Below are positions 23,823-33,182 of a stretch of DNA of 64,000 bases, piece by piece; within the stretch, counting starts at the first letter, position 1, and each line of letters starts with the position of its first letter. A program made the translations under genes and the position numbers. This stretch comes from a virus (Duplodnaviria; Caudoviricetes): IMG/VR virus record IMGVR_UViG_3300030372_004521, positions 1 to 64,000 of that record; one strand, written 5' to 3'. A model generated the notes under the pieces. That model was not told the DNA's origin. It saw only the letters and a list, made by a program, of their open reading frames with translations, and searched no databases.

Positions 23823-25865
23823 ATGGCAATAGTAGATGATATAAGAAAAGCTCTAGGGCTTAAAAAAGTAGAAAAGAAACAAGCAGGGTCTGTCATGGGC
23901 TATTTTGGTGTAGGTAGTGGGAATCGTGCCTATAAGTATCAAGATTTAGCTAAAGAGGGATATTTAGAAAATGCAATTGTTTACCGTTGTGTAAACGAAA
24001 TAGCTAAAGGTGCAAGTAGTGTGCCTTTTGTAGTAAAGAGTGGTGATGATATTCTTGAAGAACACCAACTGAATGCAATTTTATCTAGACCTAACCCTTT
24101 GCAAAGTTATTCAGAGTTTTTTAATAGTCTATATGGTTATTTAATGCTATCAGGTAATGCTTATATTTTAAAAGTTGGCCCTGATAATCAACCGCCACAG
24201 GAATTACACTTATTAAGACCTGACAGAATAGTTGTCAAAGGTGATAAGAACTATATGCCTGAACGTTATGAATATATGGTCAATGGAAGGATAGAAAAAG
24301 TTTATGACGTAGATCAAGAAAACGGATTTAGTGATATTAAACACATTAAGTTATGGAATCCATTAGATGATTTCTATGGATGTTCACCTCTTTCGGCTGC
24401 CGCAGTTGAAATAGATCAACACAACTTATCAAGTAAACATAACGTAAACCTATTGAATAATGGCGCAAGACCAAGTGGCGCAGTAATCTTTAAACCAAAA
24501 GATGATGCAGGAATGACAGTTAATTTAACTGATTCACAAAGACAACAACTCATGACAGACCTGAATAATAGATTTTCAGGAACCAGTAATGCAGGTCGTC
24601 CCCTACTCCTAGAGGGAGACTTTGACTGGAAAGAGATGGGGCTGAGCCCTAAAGACATGGATTTTATTAATTTAAAACATTTATCGGCAACTGATATTGC
24701 CTTATGTTTTGGGGTTCCGTCCCAACTTGTAGGAGTGCCTGATGCACAGACCTACGCAAATGTAGCAGAAGCTAGATTAGCTCTATATGAAGAAACTATT
24801 ATTCCATACTTAAAGAAAATTCAATCCGACCTAAATGAATGGCTTGTGCCTATGTTTGGGGATGATTTGCGATTCTCATTTGATGTTGATGCTATACCTG
24901 CTCTGTCAGAGAGAAGAAGAAGAATATATGAAAACGTAACGACTGCTGTTAGAGAGGGTATCATCACAAGAAACGAAGCAAGAGAAAAATTAGGACTTTC
25001 TCCGATGCAAGGTGGTGATGAGCTTTACATATCAGCAAATCTATTCCCGTTGGGTAGTGAACCATTACCACCACCTTCCCAAAGTGAAGATGAAAAAGAA
25101 TATGAAGAATTGTTACATGATGAGCTTTTAGAAGATGAGGAAAACAAAACTTGGGATTGGGATGAATTAGATTATAAAGATGTATCAGACATTGATTTAA
25201 GACCAACAAAAGGTATGCAAAAAGAAGCAGTACAAGCTCTTGAGTGGAGAAAAGAACACAACAGAGGCGGTACTATTGTAGGTGTAACTAGAGCAAATCA
25301 GTTAAAGAATAGAGAAAATCTATCCGTAGATACAGTAAAAAGAATGTTTAGCTTTTTTGCTAGGCATGAAGTAGATAAAGAAGCAGACGGTTTTAGGAGA
25401 GGTGAAGATGGTTACCCAAGTGCAGGTAGAATCGCATGGGGCTTATGGGGTGGTGATGCAGGATTCACTTGGGCTAAAACAAAAGTAGCTCAGATCAATA
25501 GAGAGCTTGATAAAAAAAATGAGCTTGATGTACACGTAGAAGTGGAAACTTCAACACACAAAGCTGAAGTATCTAAAAGGGTAGAAGAAATACTTAAAGA
25601 TAAAATCAAAGACCATAATGAAGATGTAGGCGATGTAGCAAGTAAACGTACTACTTTGGGTGTGTTAAAAGAAGTATTCAATAGGGGTGTTGGTGCATAC
25701 AGAACTAACCCATCATCAGTAAGACCGAGTGTAACTAGCTCAGATCAATGGGCTTTAGCACGTGTTAATAACTTTCTAAGGACTTTACGAACTGGAAGGT
25801 TTAGATCAGGAGCTCATGACACAGATTTATTACCTAAAGGACACCCAAAAAGCTCTAAAAAGTAG
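23823..25865 (+). CDS. HK97-family portal protein with ~250-aa C-terminal extension
   Basis: VYRCV..IA, L..RPNP, G.SPL, NGARPSG, NAG...LLE....W, IA..FGVP, T.NEAR..LG. Confidence 0.93.
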   Translation: MAIVDDIRKALGLKKVEKKQAGSVMGYFGVGSGNRAYKYQDLAKEGYLENAIVYRCVNEIAKGASSVPFVVKSGDDILEEHQLNAILSRPNPLQSYSEFFNSLYGYLMLSGNAYILKVGPDNQPPQELHLLRPDRIVVKGDKNYMPERYEYMVNGRIEKVYDVDQENGFSDIKHIKLWNPLDDFYGCSPLSAAAVEIDQHNLSSKHNVNLLNNGARPSGAVIFKPKDDAGMTVNLTDSQRQQLMTDLNNRFSGTSNAGRPLLLEGDFDWKEMGLSPKDMDFINLKHLSATDIALCFGVPSQLVGVPDAQTYANVAEARLALYEETIIPYLKKIQSDLNEWLVPMFGDDLRFSFDVDAIPALSERRRRIYENVTTAVREGIITRNEAREKLGLSPMQGGDELYISANLFPLGSEPLPPPSQSEDEKEYEELLHDELLEDEENKTWDWDELDYKDVSDIDLRPTKGMQKEAVQALEWRKEHNRGGTIVGVTRANQLKNRENLSVDTVKRMFSFFARHEVDKEADGFRRGEDGYPSAGRIAWGLWGGDAGFTWAKTKVAQINRELDKKNELDVHVEVETSTHKAEVSKRVEEILKDKIKDHNEDVGDVASKRTTLGVLKEVFNRGVGAYRTNPSSVRPSVTSSDQWALARVNNFLRTLRTGRFRSGAHDTDLLPKGHPKSSKK

Positions 25866-25913
25866 GGTTGTTATGGTATTACTAGACCCAAAAAAAGGGC
25901 TTAGACGGGAAAT

Positions 25914-26771
25914 ATGAACCCCGAAATTTCGCAAAAACTACCAAAATATAAGACTTTTCAGGTAAAACGTTATAGAACACGCAGACTTAATGCACGTCAA
26001 GAAGTAATACGACAACTTAGGTTACGTACTACGTTGGAAAAAAATACCTTTGCTAAACTAAGACTTATATTAGATAAGAACATATTTGCAATACTAAGTA
26101 AGTACGAACAGACACAAAACTTTTCTCAGGCAGATCAAACTGTATTAATAAGAAAGATTAATAATGAAATATCTGAACTTATGAACGTACAACTACAACG
26201 TACCTTCAGAGAGGTAATAAACTTAAACATTGAAACTTATGATACTGGCGCTAAAGATTTAGATTTCATTTCTTTCAACAGGCCTATGGCATTCACTTAC
26301 GCATACACTGAATATTTGAGAACTAGAGAACCTCTTTACACAAATATATCAATAGCAACTGCAACTATGTTAGATTCTTTATTAGTTGAGAATCAGGAAC
26401 TATCAATACCATTACAAGTAAAAGCAATAAGAAGCAGAGCTATAAGTCTAAACAGAACTAGGGCTGCAAGAATAGCAAGAACAGAAACACATAATGCGAG
26501 TAGTTATGCTAGTCAAATGTATAACGAAACAGTAAGTAAAGAACTAGGCATAGAGATGAAAAAGAGATGGGTAAGTGTTGGTGACGATAGAACTAGACCA
26601 AGTCATGCAAGAGCAAATGGTCAAGTACGTGCAATTGATGAGGATTTTGAAATCAATGGTGCCCTGATGAAACAGCCAGGAGATTCTAGAGGTGGAGCAA
26701 AAAATGTTGTTAATTGTAGATGTGTAGTTGTATATGTTGATAATGAGGACTTAGACTATGTCAATGACTAA
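25914..26771 (+). CDS. Minor head protein (Mu gpF/SPP1 gp7 family)
   Basis: RIARTE, W....D.RTR..H...NGQ....E.F..G..M..PGD.......NCRC. Confidence 0.9.
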   Translation: MNPEISQKLPKYKTFQVKRYRTRRLNARQEVIRQLRLRTTLEKNTFAKLRLILDKNIFAILSKYEQTQNFSQADQTVLIRKINNEISELMNVQLQRTFREVINLNIETYDTGAKDLDFISFNRPMAFTYAYTEYLRTREPLYTNISIATATMLDSLLVENQELSIPLQVKAIRSRAISLNRTRAARIARTETHNASSYASQMYNETVSKELGIEMKKRWVSVGDDRTRPSHARANGQVRAIDEDFEINGALMKQPGDSRGGAKNVVNCRCVVVYVDNEDLDYVND

Positions 26772-26800
26772 CCATAAAATTAGTTACAAATGTACACATC

Positions 26801-26829
26801 TTGTGCTAGGATACAATTTTAACTACTAT
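26801..26829 (+). promoter_or_regulatory. Promoter TTGTGC-N17-TACTAT
   Basis: Intergenic, 10 nt before the protease ATG. Confidence 0.5.
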
Positions 26830-26839
26830 ATATAGTTAT

Positions 26840-27889
26840 ATGCCGATACCAAAACCAAAAGACGGAGAGAATAGGCAAGACTTTATTAATAGATGTATGG
26901 GAGACAATACAATGGAAGCAGAATACACTGATACCGAACAAAGGTCAGCAGTCTGTAATAACTCCTACGATTCCAAAGGGAATGAAACAGAGGTAGAAAC
27001 CCAAGAGGAAAATACTGACGAAAAAAGCGAAATCCGAGATGATGTATTCACTACTGAAAGTGAAGCATTAGATAGAGCCAAAGAAATAGGTTGCGAGGGT
27101 TCACACTCACATGATGAAGATGGGAACAAAATTTTTATGCCTTGCAATACTCATGAAGAATACATTGAAGCAACAGGCGAAGATGTAAAACAGGAAGAAA
27201 ACATAGTTGAAAGTGAGCATGATTCCATTGAAGTAAAAACTGAGATCAAAGCAGTTTTTGATGAGCAAGAAGTAGATGAGGGGGTTTTTGAGGGTTACGG
27301 TTCTATATTTAATAATACAGACTTAGGTAATGACGTAATTAGAAACGGAGCATTTACTAAATCACTCAAAAAGAAGAAACCAAAAAATGTAAAACTTCTG
27401 TATCAACATAAATCAGATATGCCTATAGGTGTTTTTGATGAAATTTCAGAAGATCAAAATGGACTAAAAGTTAAAGGACGTCTAGCTTTAAAAACTCAAG
27501 CAGGAGCAGAAGCATATGAGTTAATGAAGATGGGCGCACTAGATGGGCTTAGTATTGGGTTTAAGCCGAACCCTAAAGCAGTTCGCTACGATAAACGTAA
27601 GAAGAAACGTATTATTGAAGAAGTTGAACTCATGGAAATATCATTAGTCACCTTTCCTATGAATCCTGAGGCGAGGATTCGTAGTGTAAAGGGTGAGGAC
27701 GTTTCCAAAAGAGAATGGGAGAATGGATTGCGAGATGCTTTCGGTCTTTCTCGTTCAGAAGCAAAAGTAGCAGCAAAAGCTGTTTACATGGCATTTGACC
27801 AACGAGATGTTGATGCGAAAGCCGAAGTGGTAGATGCCATAAACAATTTAACCAAAAAATTTAATTCTTGGAGAGAAGAAAATGGATAA
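26840..27889 (+). CDS. HK97-family prohead protease with N-terminal extra domains
   Basis: FEGYGS.F...D...D....GAF, LLYQH...PIG, GLSIGF, EISLVTFP.N. Confidence 0.93.
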   Translation: MPIPKPKDGENRQDFINRCMGDNTMEAEYTDTEQRSAVCNNSYDSKGNETEVETQEENTDEKSEIRDDVFTTESEALDRAKEIGCEGSHSHDEDGNKIFMPCNTHEEYIEATGEDVKQEENIVESEHDSIEVKTEIKAVFDEQEVDEGVFEGYGSIFNNTDLGNDVIRNGAFTKSLKKKKPKNVKLLYQHKSDMPIGVFDEISEDQNGLKVKGRLALKTQAGAEAYELMKMGALDGLSIGFKPNPKAVRYDKRKKKRIIEEVELMEISLVTFPMNPEARIRSVKGEDVSKREWENGLRDAFGLSRSEAKVAAKAVYMAFDQRDVDAKAEVVDAINNLTKKFNSWREENG

Positions 27890-29102
27890 TTCTGAAGTGA
27901 AAAGTGCTGTAGAATCTATGGGCCATGCGTTTGAAGAATACAAAAAAACAAATGACCATAAATTAGATGCACTTGAAAAAGGACAGAGTGTTGATGGTTT
28001 AGTTGACGAAAAACTTGCGAAAATTGAAGAAAAAATGGACGCATTTGAGGACGTGAACCAAAAACTAACTCAGTCAAACTTAGCTCAAGAGAATCTAAAG
28101 GAGCAAGTTTCTACATTAGAAACAATGCTGAAAAGACCTAATAGTGGTATTGAAGCAAAGCAACTTGACGAGACTCTTAATGCCTTTGATGCATATTGCA
28201 GAAAAGGATTTGATGCATTGAACGATGCAGAAAAGAAAGCATTAACAGTATCTAACGATACAACAGGTGGTTATTTAGCACCGCCTGAGTACATTAGAGA
28301 ACTTCTTAAAACGGTAACTGAAATTTCACCAATTAGATCAATTGCGAGAGTAAGATCAACTGGTCAGAGATCAATTCAAATACCAAAAAGAACTTCTCAG
28401 TTTTCAGCTTCTTGGGTTGCAGAAAGTGGTACAAGATCAGAAACAACTGGATATAACGTTGGTTTAGAAGAAATCCCTGCACATGAGCATTATGCACTTG
28501 TGGATATTTCTGAGCAAGACCTAGAAGATTCAGTATTTGATCTTGAAGCTGAAATGCAGACTGAGTTTGCAGAACAGTTTGCAAAAGCAGAAGGTACAGC
28601 ATTTGTAACAGGTAATGCAGTAGGTAAACCTGAAGGTTTCATGACTAACAGTAGTGTTGGTGAGGTAAATTCAGGTGGAGCTTCAGCATTAACAGGTGAT
28701 GGCCTTATTGCTTTAGTGCATGGTATTAAGTCAGATTATGGTAGAAATGGAACTTTTGTTTTTAACAGAAGCACACTTTCAGCTATAAGAAAACTTAAAG
28801 ATACTGCAGGACAATATGTGTTCCAAGCAGGAATGATGCTTTCAAGTGGAGTACCTAACTCAATATTAGGTTACCCATATATTGAAGCTACAGATATGCC
28901 TGATATCGCAGGAAACGCGTATCCAGTTGCATTCGGTGACTTCAACAGAGCATACATGATCGTAGATAGAGTTGCTATGGCAGTTTTAAGAGACCCATTT
29001 ACACAAGCTACTTCAGGTAATGTAAGATACATAGCCAGAAGAAGAGTCGGTGGACAAGTGGTTCAAGCTGAAGCAATTGTTAAACAAAAAGTCGCATCAT
29101 AA
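27882..29102 (+). CDS. Major capsid protein (HK97 fold)
   Basis: Coiled-coil delta domain, GGYLAP.E, W..E, AF..G.G..KP.G, KLKD..G.Y, FGDF, R.GG. Confidence 0.95.
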   Translation: MDNSEVKSAVESMGHAFEEYKKTNDHKLDALEKGQSVDGLVDEKLAKIEEKMDAFEDVNQKLTQSNLAQENLKEQVSTLETMLKRPNSGIEAKQLDETLNAFDAYCRKGFDALNDAEKKALTVSNDTTGGYLAPPEYIRELLKTVTEISPIRSIARVRSTGQRSIQIPKRTSQFSASWVAESGTRSETTGYNVGLEEIPAHEHYALVDISEQDLEDSVFDLEAEMQTEFAEQFAKAEGTAFVTGNAVGKPEGFMTNSSVGEVNSGGASALTGDGLIALVHGIKSDYGRNGTFVFNRSTLSAIRKLKDTAGQYVFQAGMMLSSGVPNSILGYPYIEATDMPDIAGNAYPVAFGDFNRAYMIVDRVAMAVLRDPFTQATSGNVRYIARRRVGGQVVQAEAIVKQKVAS

Positions 29103-29114
29103 GAGAGGTATTAA

Positions 29115-29564
29115 ATGAGAGATTTAGCAAATAATATTTCTATAGCCCAGTCACTAGCACCTGCTGTAAGAACAGCTGATGCAAATGGTACTGGAGTGGA
29201 TTTACAATTTTTTGAATCAGCTACAATAGTAGTTGATACAGGCGCAGAGGGAGATACTTTATCAAGCTCTGTAAAAATTGATTTTAAATTAGAAGAATCC
29301 AGTGATGATTCATCTTATTCTGCTGTTACAAGTCAAAGCTCTGTAACAGATGGAACAGTTGATTCAAGTGGAATTTTCTTAACACTAGATGCTAATGGCG
29401 AGACTCCACAAGTCATGTCTATTGGTTATGTTGGTGGCGCAAGGTACGTAAGAGTAGTAGCAGATTTTACTGGTACTCACTCAAACGGTACACCTGTAGC
29501 TGCTAGTGTAATTAAAGGACATCCAAGACATAATGTGGATGCTGACGCGAGTAGTAGTTACTAG
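29115..29564 (+). CDS. Capsid decoration/cement protein (putative)
   Basis: Follows MCP; G.GVD..., L.ES.D...Y..V, GY.G..RYVR motifs. Confidence 0.65.
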   Translation: MRDLANNISIAQSLAPAVRTADANGTGVDLQFFESATIVVDTGAEGDTLSSSVKIDFKLEESSDDSSYSAVTSQSSVTDGTVDSSGIFLTLDANGETPQVMSIGYVGGARYVRVVADFTGTHSNGTPVAASVIKGHPRHNVDADASSSY

Positions 29565-29575
29565 TAAATAATATT

Positions 29576-29601
29576 GGGGGGTCTTTGACCCCCCTCTTTA
29601 T
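29576..29601 (+). terminator. Rho-independent terminator
   Basis: GGGGGGTC-TTT-GACCCCCC then TCTTTAT. Confidence 0.75.
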
Positions 29602-29613
29602 ATAGGAAAAAAA

Positions 29614-29979
29614 ATGGCAAAGAAGAATAAAAAATACAAAATATTAATCCCTAAAGCAGGGTCTAATAATGAATTTGGTACTGAGACAAAGTTATATGAG
29701 CATGATGAAGTAGTTGATGCAAATGAAACATGGCAGTCTGATTTAATGGAAACATTTGTAGAAAATGGATGGGCTATGGAGATCAAAGCTGATAGTGCTG
29801 ACGAATCAGTAGAAGTAGAAGCTGAAATCAAAAGAGCAAGAAATGAAAAAGGACAACTCATAGGAGATGATCCTGATACACCCGACATAAATGAAGCATG
29901 GGAAGGTGGTGAAGCTCCTAAGACTGCAAAAAAATCTACTAAGAAGAAAACGACAAAGAAGAAAACTACAAAGAAGTAA
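29614..29979 (+). CDS. Hypothetical head-region protein with RAR..KG....DDP.T...NEAW motif and Lys-rich tail
   Basis: AGGA RBS; motif shared with 52608..52760. Confidence 0.7.
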   Translation: MAKKNKKYKILIPKAGSNNEFGTETKLYEHDEVVDANETWQSDLMETFVENGWAMEIKADSADESVEVEAEIKRARNEKGQLIGDDPDTPDINEAWEGGEAPKTAKKSTKKKTTKKKTTKK

Positions 29980-30076
29980 GGAATTATATTTAGAATAGAG
30001 GGGCCTTAGTCATAAAATTTTTTTCTAATTTTAGTGTTCTATATTCATTCTGCAGAGGCCCCTCTCCCCTTAACAA

Positions 30077-30628
30077 ATGAATAGTTATTTTATTGGTTTA
30101 CAAGAAAAGCTACCTATTGAGGTATGTGATGAAATTGTAAATACTATCAAACAAGAACAAAAAGAAGATGCACAAACTATAGGTGGTAAAGATGATGATT
30201 ACCGTAAAACCAAAGTAGTAGGAATACCTTTTGGCAGCGAGAAACATAAACTATATGATGATGTTCTAAAACCATACGTATTATCAGCAAATAGACAGTG
30301 TTTCGGATTCTCTCTTAACGGTGTAAGTGAGTTTCAAATAGCAGAGTATGGAACTGGACATTTCTATAAAGAACACATGGACTGCTTCTTAAAGAATATA
30401 GCTTCACAAAGAAAACTATCTATAACAGTGCAACTTTCTGAAGCAAAAGAATATGAGGGTGGTGATTTTCTATTCACAAAAGATATTAGCACTCCTTGTC
30501 AGGACTTGATGAAAGAGAAAGGCAGAATAATAGTTTTTCCAAGTTTTATATACCATCAAGTGCAAAAAATAACGTCAGGAACACGTTATTCCCTAGTTGG
30601 GTGGTACGAGGGAAACCACTGGAAATAA
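30077..30628 (+). CDS. 2OG-Fe(II) oxygenase (PKHD/prolyl-hydroxylase-like)
   Basis: Q...Y..G.FY..HMD, RKLS.TVQLS...YEGG, FPSF..H.V.....G.RYSLV.W. Confidence 0.92.
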   Translation: MNSYFIGLQEKLPIEVCDEIVNTIKQEQKEDAQTIGGKDDDYRKTKVVGIPFGSEKHKLYDDVLKPYVLSANRQCFGFSLNGVSEFQIAEYGTGHFYKEHMDCFLKNIASQRKLSITVQLSEAKEYEGGDFLFTKDISTPCQDLMKEKGRIIVFPSFIYHQVQKITSGTRYSLVGWYEGNHWK

Positions 30629-30666
30629 GCATCTAAACGAAACATACAATTATTTTCAAATAAATG

Positions 30667-30695
30667 TTTACATTTATAAACAAACATGGTCTAAT
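30667..30695 (+). promoter_or_regulatory. Early-type promoter TTTACA-N17-TCTAAT (extended -10)
   Basis: Near-identical to the 11457-11485 element; followed by GGAG RBS. Confidence 0.7.
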
Positions 30696-30716
30696 AAAGG
30701 TATGGAGATTAATAAT

Positions 30717-30929
30717 ATGAATAAAAAAAGAAAAGACGAATTATTTGATAAACTACTTAACCAGTGGGAAAACGAAAAGCAATTGAAGTCAAAATATAAA
30801 AACTTTGATGATATGGAATTGATTAAAATGCAAAGTCATGCTGATGAAGCGACTGTTATAGAGATTGATAGATTACTAACAATACGTGAAGATGAAGCTA
30901 TGACTAGAGCAGAAGCAGGGTGGACATAA
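30717..30929 (+). CDS. Hypothetical protein (moron-like)
   Basis: True start ATG 30717 after GGAG. Confidence 0.65.
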   Translation: MNKKRKDELFDKLLNQWENEKQLKSKYKNFDDMELIKMQSHADEATVIEIDRLLTIREDEAMTRAEAGWT

Positions 30930-31282
30930 TGATTGATTTTGAAAAAATTATAAAATACTCAGAAGAATATGATGAAGCTATGAACGTTGAACTAGAGATA
31001 GTTAAAAATGCTTATGGATCAGCTCTTCCATACAGTATCAAGTTGCCAAACAAAATGACTGGTATGAGTCTTGTTGAATTTGGTGATACTACTCAGCCAC
31101 GTTGGGATGCACTAGACGAAGAAACAGGATATGGAAATATGCTTAAAAAGTACGATGTTTATTACGATAGTGGTTTTGCTGATTATCCTGTATATGGCAA
31201 TACAGCAAGAATCTTTTACAGAGATTTAGATAAAGCACAGGGAGCTTTGTATTACTTAAAAAAAGTGCCAACTAATTATTAA
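30920..31282 (+). CDS. Hypothetical protein (moron-like)
   Basis: Coupled to the previous ORF (TAATG at 30927-30931 is an alternative start); followed by a terminator. Confidence 0.65.
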   Translation: MDIMIDFEKIIKYSEEYDEAMNVELEIVKNAYGSALPYSIKLPNKMTGMSLVEFGDTTQPRWDALDEETGYGNMLKKYDVYYDSGFADYPVYGNTARIFYRDLDKAQGALYYLKKVPTNY

Positions 31283-31307
31283 TCTCTTGATCCTTTTATA
31301 GGCACTT

Positions 31308-31335
31308 CCCCACTTTAACGAGTGGGGTTTTTTTT
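31308..31335 (+). terminator. Rho-independent terminator
   Basis: CCCCACT-TTAACG-AGTGGGG then T8. Confidence 0.88.
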
Positions 31336-31363
31336 GTCTAAAATTATGTGATAGACTACCGTT

Positions 31364-31549
31364 ATGTCTAATAAATCATTAGCCAGTATATCTAGACTTG
31401 AAGCACATGAGCGAGAATGTTCTTTGAGATATAAAAACATAGAGGATAGATTAGAGAAAGGTCATGCACGTTTCAATAAAATTGATGCTATGCTATGGGG
31501 TCTATATGGTTTATTAGTCGCATCTATAGGTATAGATAAACTTTTATAG
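31364..31549 (+). CDS. Small coiled-coil protein with C-terminal TM
   Basis: HERECSLRY..IE.RL..G..RF..ID..LWGLY. Confidence 0.65.
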   Translation: MSNKSLASISRLEAHERECSLRYKNIEDRLEKGHARFNKIDAMLWGLYGLLVASIGIDKLL

Positions 31550-31559
31550 GAGATTTTTT

Positions 31560-31778
31560 ATGTCACAAAAAGAAAACGACAAAGTTAAGCAGTTAGAAAC
31601 TGAAAATGAAGTGTTAAAGAAACAACTAGAAGATACTAACTTCTTGTTGGGACAGTATTTAAATAAGTCAATGCAGTTAGAGCAACAACTGATGCTCTCA
31701 AACAAACGACAACAAGCAGAATCCGAAGATTCACAAAATGTCTCAGTTGAGACTGCAGAGGGCGAAATGGTTAATTAA
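31560..31778 (+). CDS. Coiled-coil hypothetical protein
   Basis: AGGAG RBS; heptad pattern. Confidence 0.6.
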   Translation: MSQKENDKVKQLETENEVLKKQLEDTNFLLGQYLNKSMQLEQQLMLSNKRQQAESEDSQNVSVETAEGEMVN

Positions 31779-32434
31779 TGGCAGGTTTAACGGTTAGTGT
31801 AGCTCCGACAGCAGAACCAGTTACAAGAGCAGAAGCTAAAACTTTCTTACGTATAGATCATTCAAATGACGATACATTAATAGATCAATTAGTCCAAGCT
31901 AGTAGAGAGTTTGTTGAGGAATATACAGGTCGTGCCATTATGTCACAGACCTTAGTGCTAACATTAGATGCTTTTGATGAATTAGCAGACCCTCTTTGGG
32001 AAGGCACTAAGACAGGACCTTATAAAAATTACTATAAAAACTATGTAACACTTGCCAAAGCTCCAGTTAGATCAGTAACAACAGTAAAAACATATGATGA
32101 TGATGATACTGCTACGACTATGGCTTCAACAAAGTACTATGTAGATATTACGAGAGAACCTGCAAGAGTTGTTCTTAGAACTGGTGAAACTTTCCCAACT
32201 GCTCTAAGGGTAGCCAATGCAATTGAAGTAACTTACGTAGCAGGGTACGCGAGTTCAGGCGCAGTGCCACAAGCAATAAAGACAGCAATATTGCAGTATG
32301 TTTCTTATTTGTATGAGCATAGAGGGGATATGTATGAAGCTAAAGCAAGTGTTCCGTCTAGTTTAGGCAAAATATTACAACCATACGTAGTATTTAAAGG
32401 ACAAGGAAGCTCTGTTTATTCAGCGATAGGGTAA
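31778..32434 (+). CDS. Head-tail connector/adaptor (gp6-like)
   Basis: EPVT..EAK.FLR.D...DD.LI..L..A.RE..E.YTGR, Y.AGY, VP..IK.AIL..V..LYE.R. Confidence 0.9.
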   Translation: MAGLTVSVAPTAEPVTRAEAKTFLRIDHSNDDTLIDQLVQASREFVEEYTGRAIMSQTLVLTLDAFDELADPLWEGTKTGPYKNYYKNYVTLAKAPVRSVTTVKTYDDDDTATTMASTKYYVDITREPARVVLRTGETFPTALRVANAIEVTYVAGYASSGAVPQAIKTAILQYVSYLYEHRGDMYEAKASVPSSLGKILQPYVVFKGQGSSVYSAIG

Positions 32435-32754
32435 TGATCGGGCAACTACGTGAATCTATCACAATACAAACATTAGCCAGTACAAAAGATACTGGTGGGG
32501 GAATATCAGCTAATTTTGCTGATTCTGAGACTATACATGCCCGTATAAAGCCAACAAACGGAAAAGAAGTATTCCAACAAGGGGTAGTGCAAGACAGGGT
32601 TACACACGAAATATTCATCAGATATAACTCAAGTGTTACAGCTAAGACGAGAATCAAGTATGGAAGTAGGTTTTTCAACATAAGGTCTGTCATTAATATT
32701 GATGAAAGAGACCGATACATGAAACTTCTAGCAGAAGAAGGGGTCGCAAGTTGA
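32434..32754 (+). CDS. Head closure protein (SPP1 gp16-like)
   Basis: G.LR..ITIQ, G.E.......TH.I.IRY, RI....R.FNI..V. Confidence 0.88.
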   Translation: MIGQLRESITIQTLASTKDTGGGISANFADSETIHARIKPTNGKEVFQQGVVQDRVTHEIFIRYNSSVTAKTRIKYGSRFFNIRSVINIDERDRYMKLLAEEGVAS

Positions 32755-33182
32755 AAACTAAGGATTCTAAAAAAATTAGTAGAGCTATAAACCAAAAGCT
32801 AGATAAAAATGTTAAGAGGAACGTTAGTCGTTTATTAGAGAAAGCAACAATGTTAATAGAAAGTACAGCAAAGGAATCTATACAACAAGGGGTAAAATCA
32901 GGAAGAAAATATACAAAGAGAGGTGTAACTCATACAGCATCAGCAAAAGGAGAAGCCCCTGCAACTGATACTGGTTTTCTAGCTTCTAATATTGGTAGAT
33001 ATAGTGTAAAAACTGATTCCAAAGGAAGAATTGTTGCAACAGTATATAGCTCTGCTCCTTATTCTAAATTCTTAGAATTTGGCACAAGGAATATGGGAGA
33101 AAGACCCTTCATGTTACCTGCATTAGAAAAAAATACACAAAAGATCATAAGAGACTTTAAAAAAGGTGGGTTACTGAAATGA
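32751..33182 (+). CDS. HK97 gp10-family tail component
   Basis: AS..GEAPA.DTG.L..I, Y...LEFGT..M..RPF..PA. Confidence 0.88.
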   Translation: MKTKDSKKISRAINQKLDKNVKRNVSRLLEKATMLIESTAKESIQQGVKSGRKYTKRGVTHTASAKGEAPATDTGFLASNIGRYSVKTDSKGRIVATVYSSAPYSKFLEFGTRNMGERPFMLPALEKNTQKIIRDFKKGGLLK

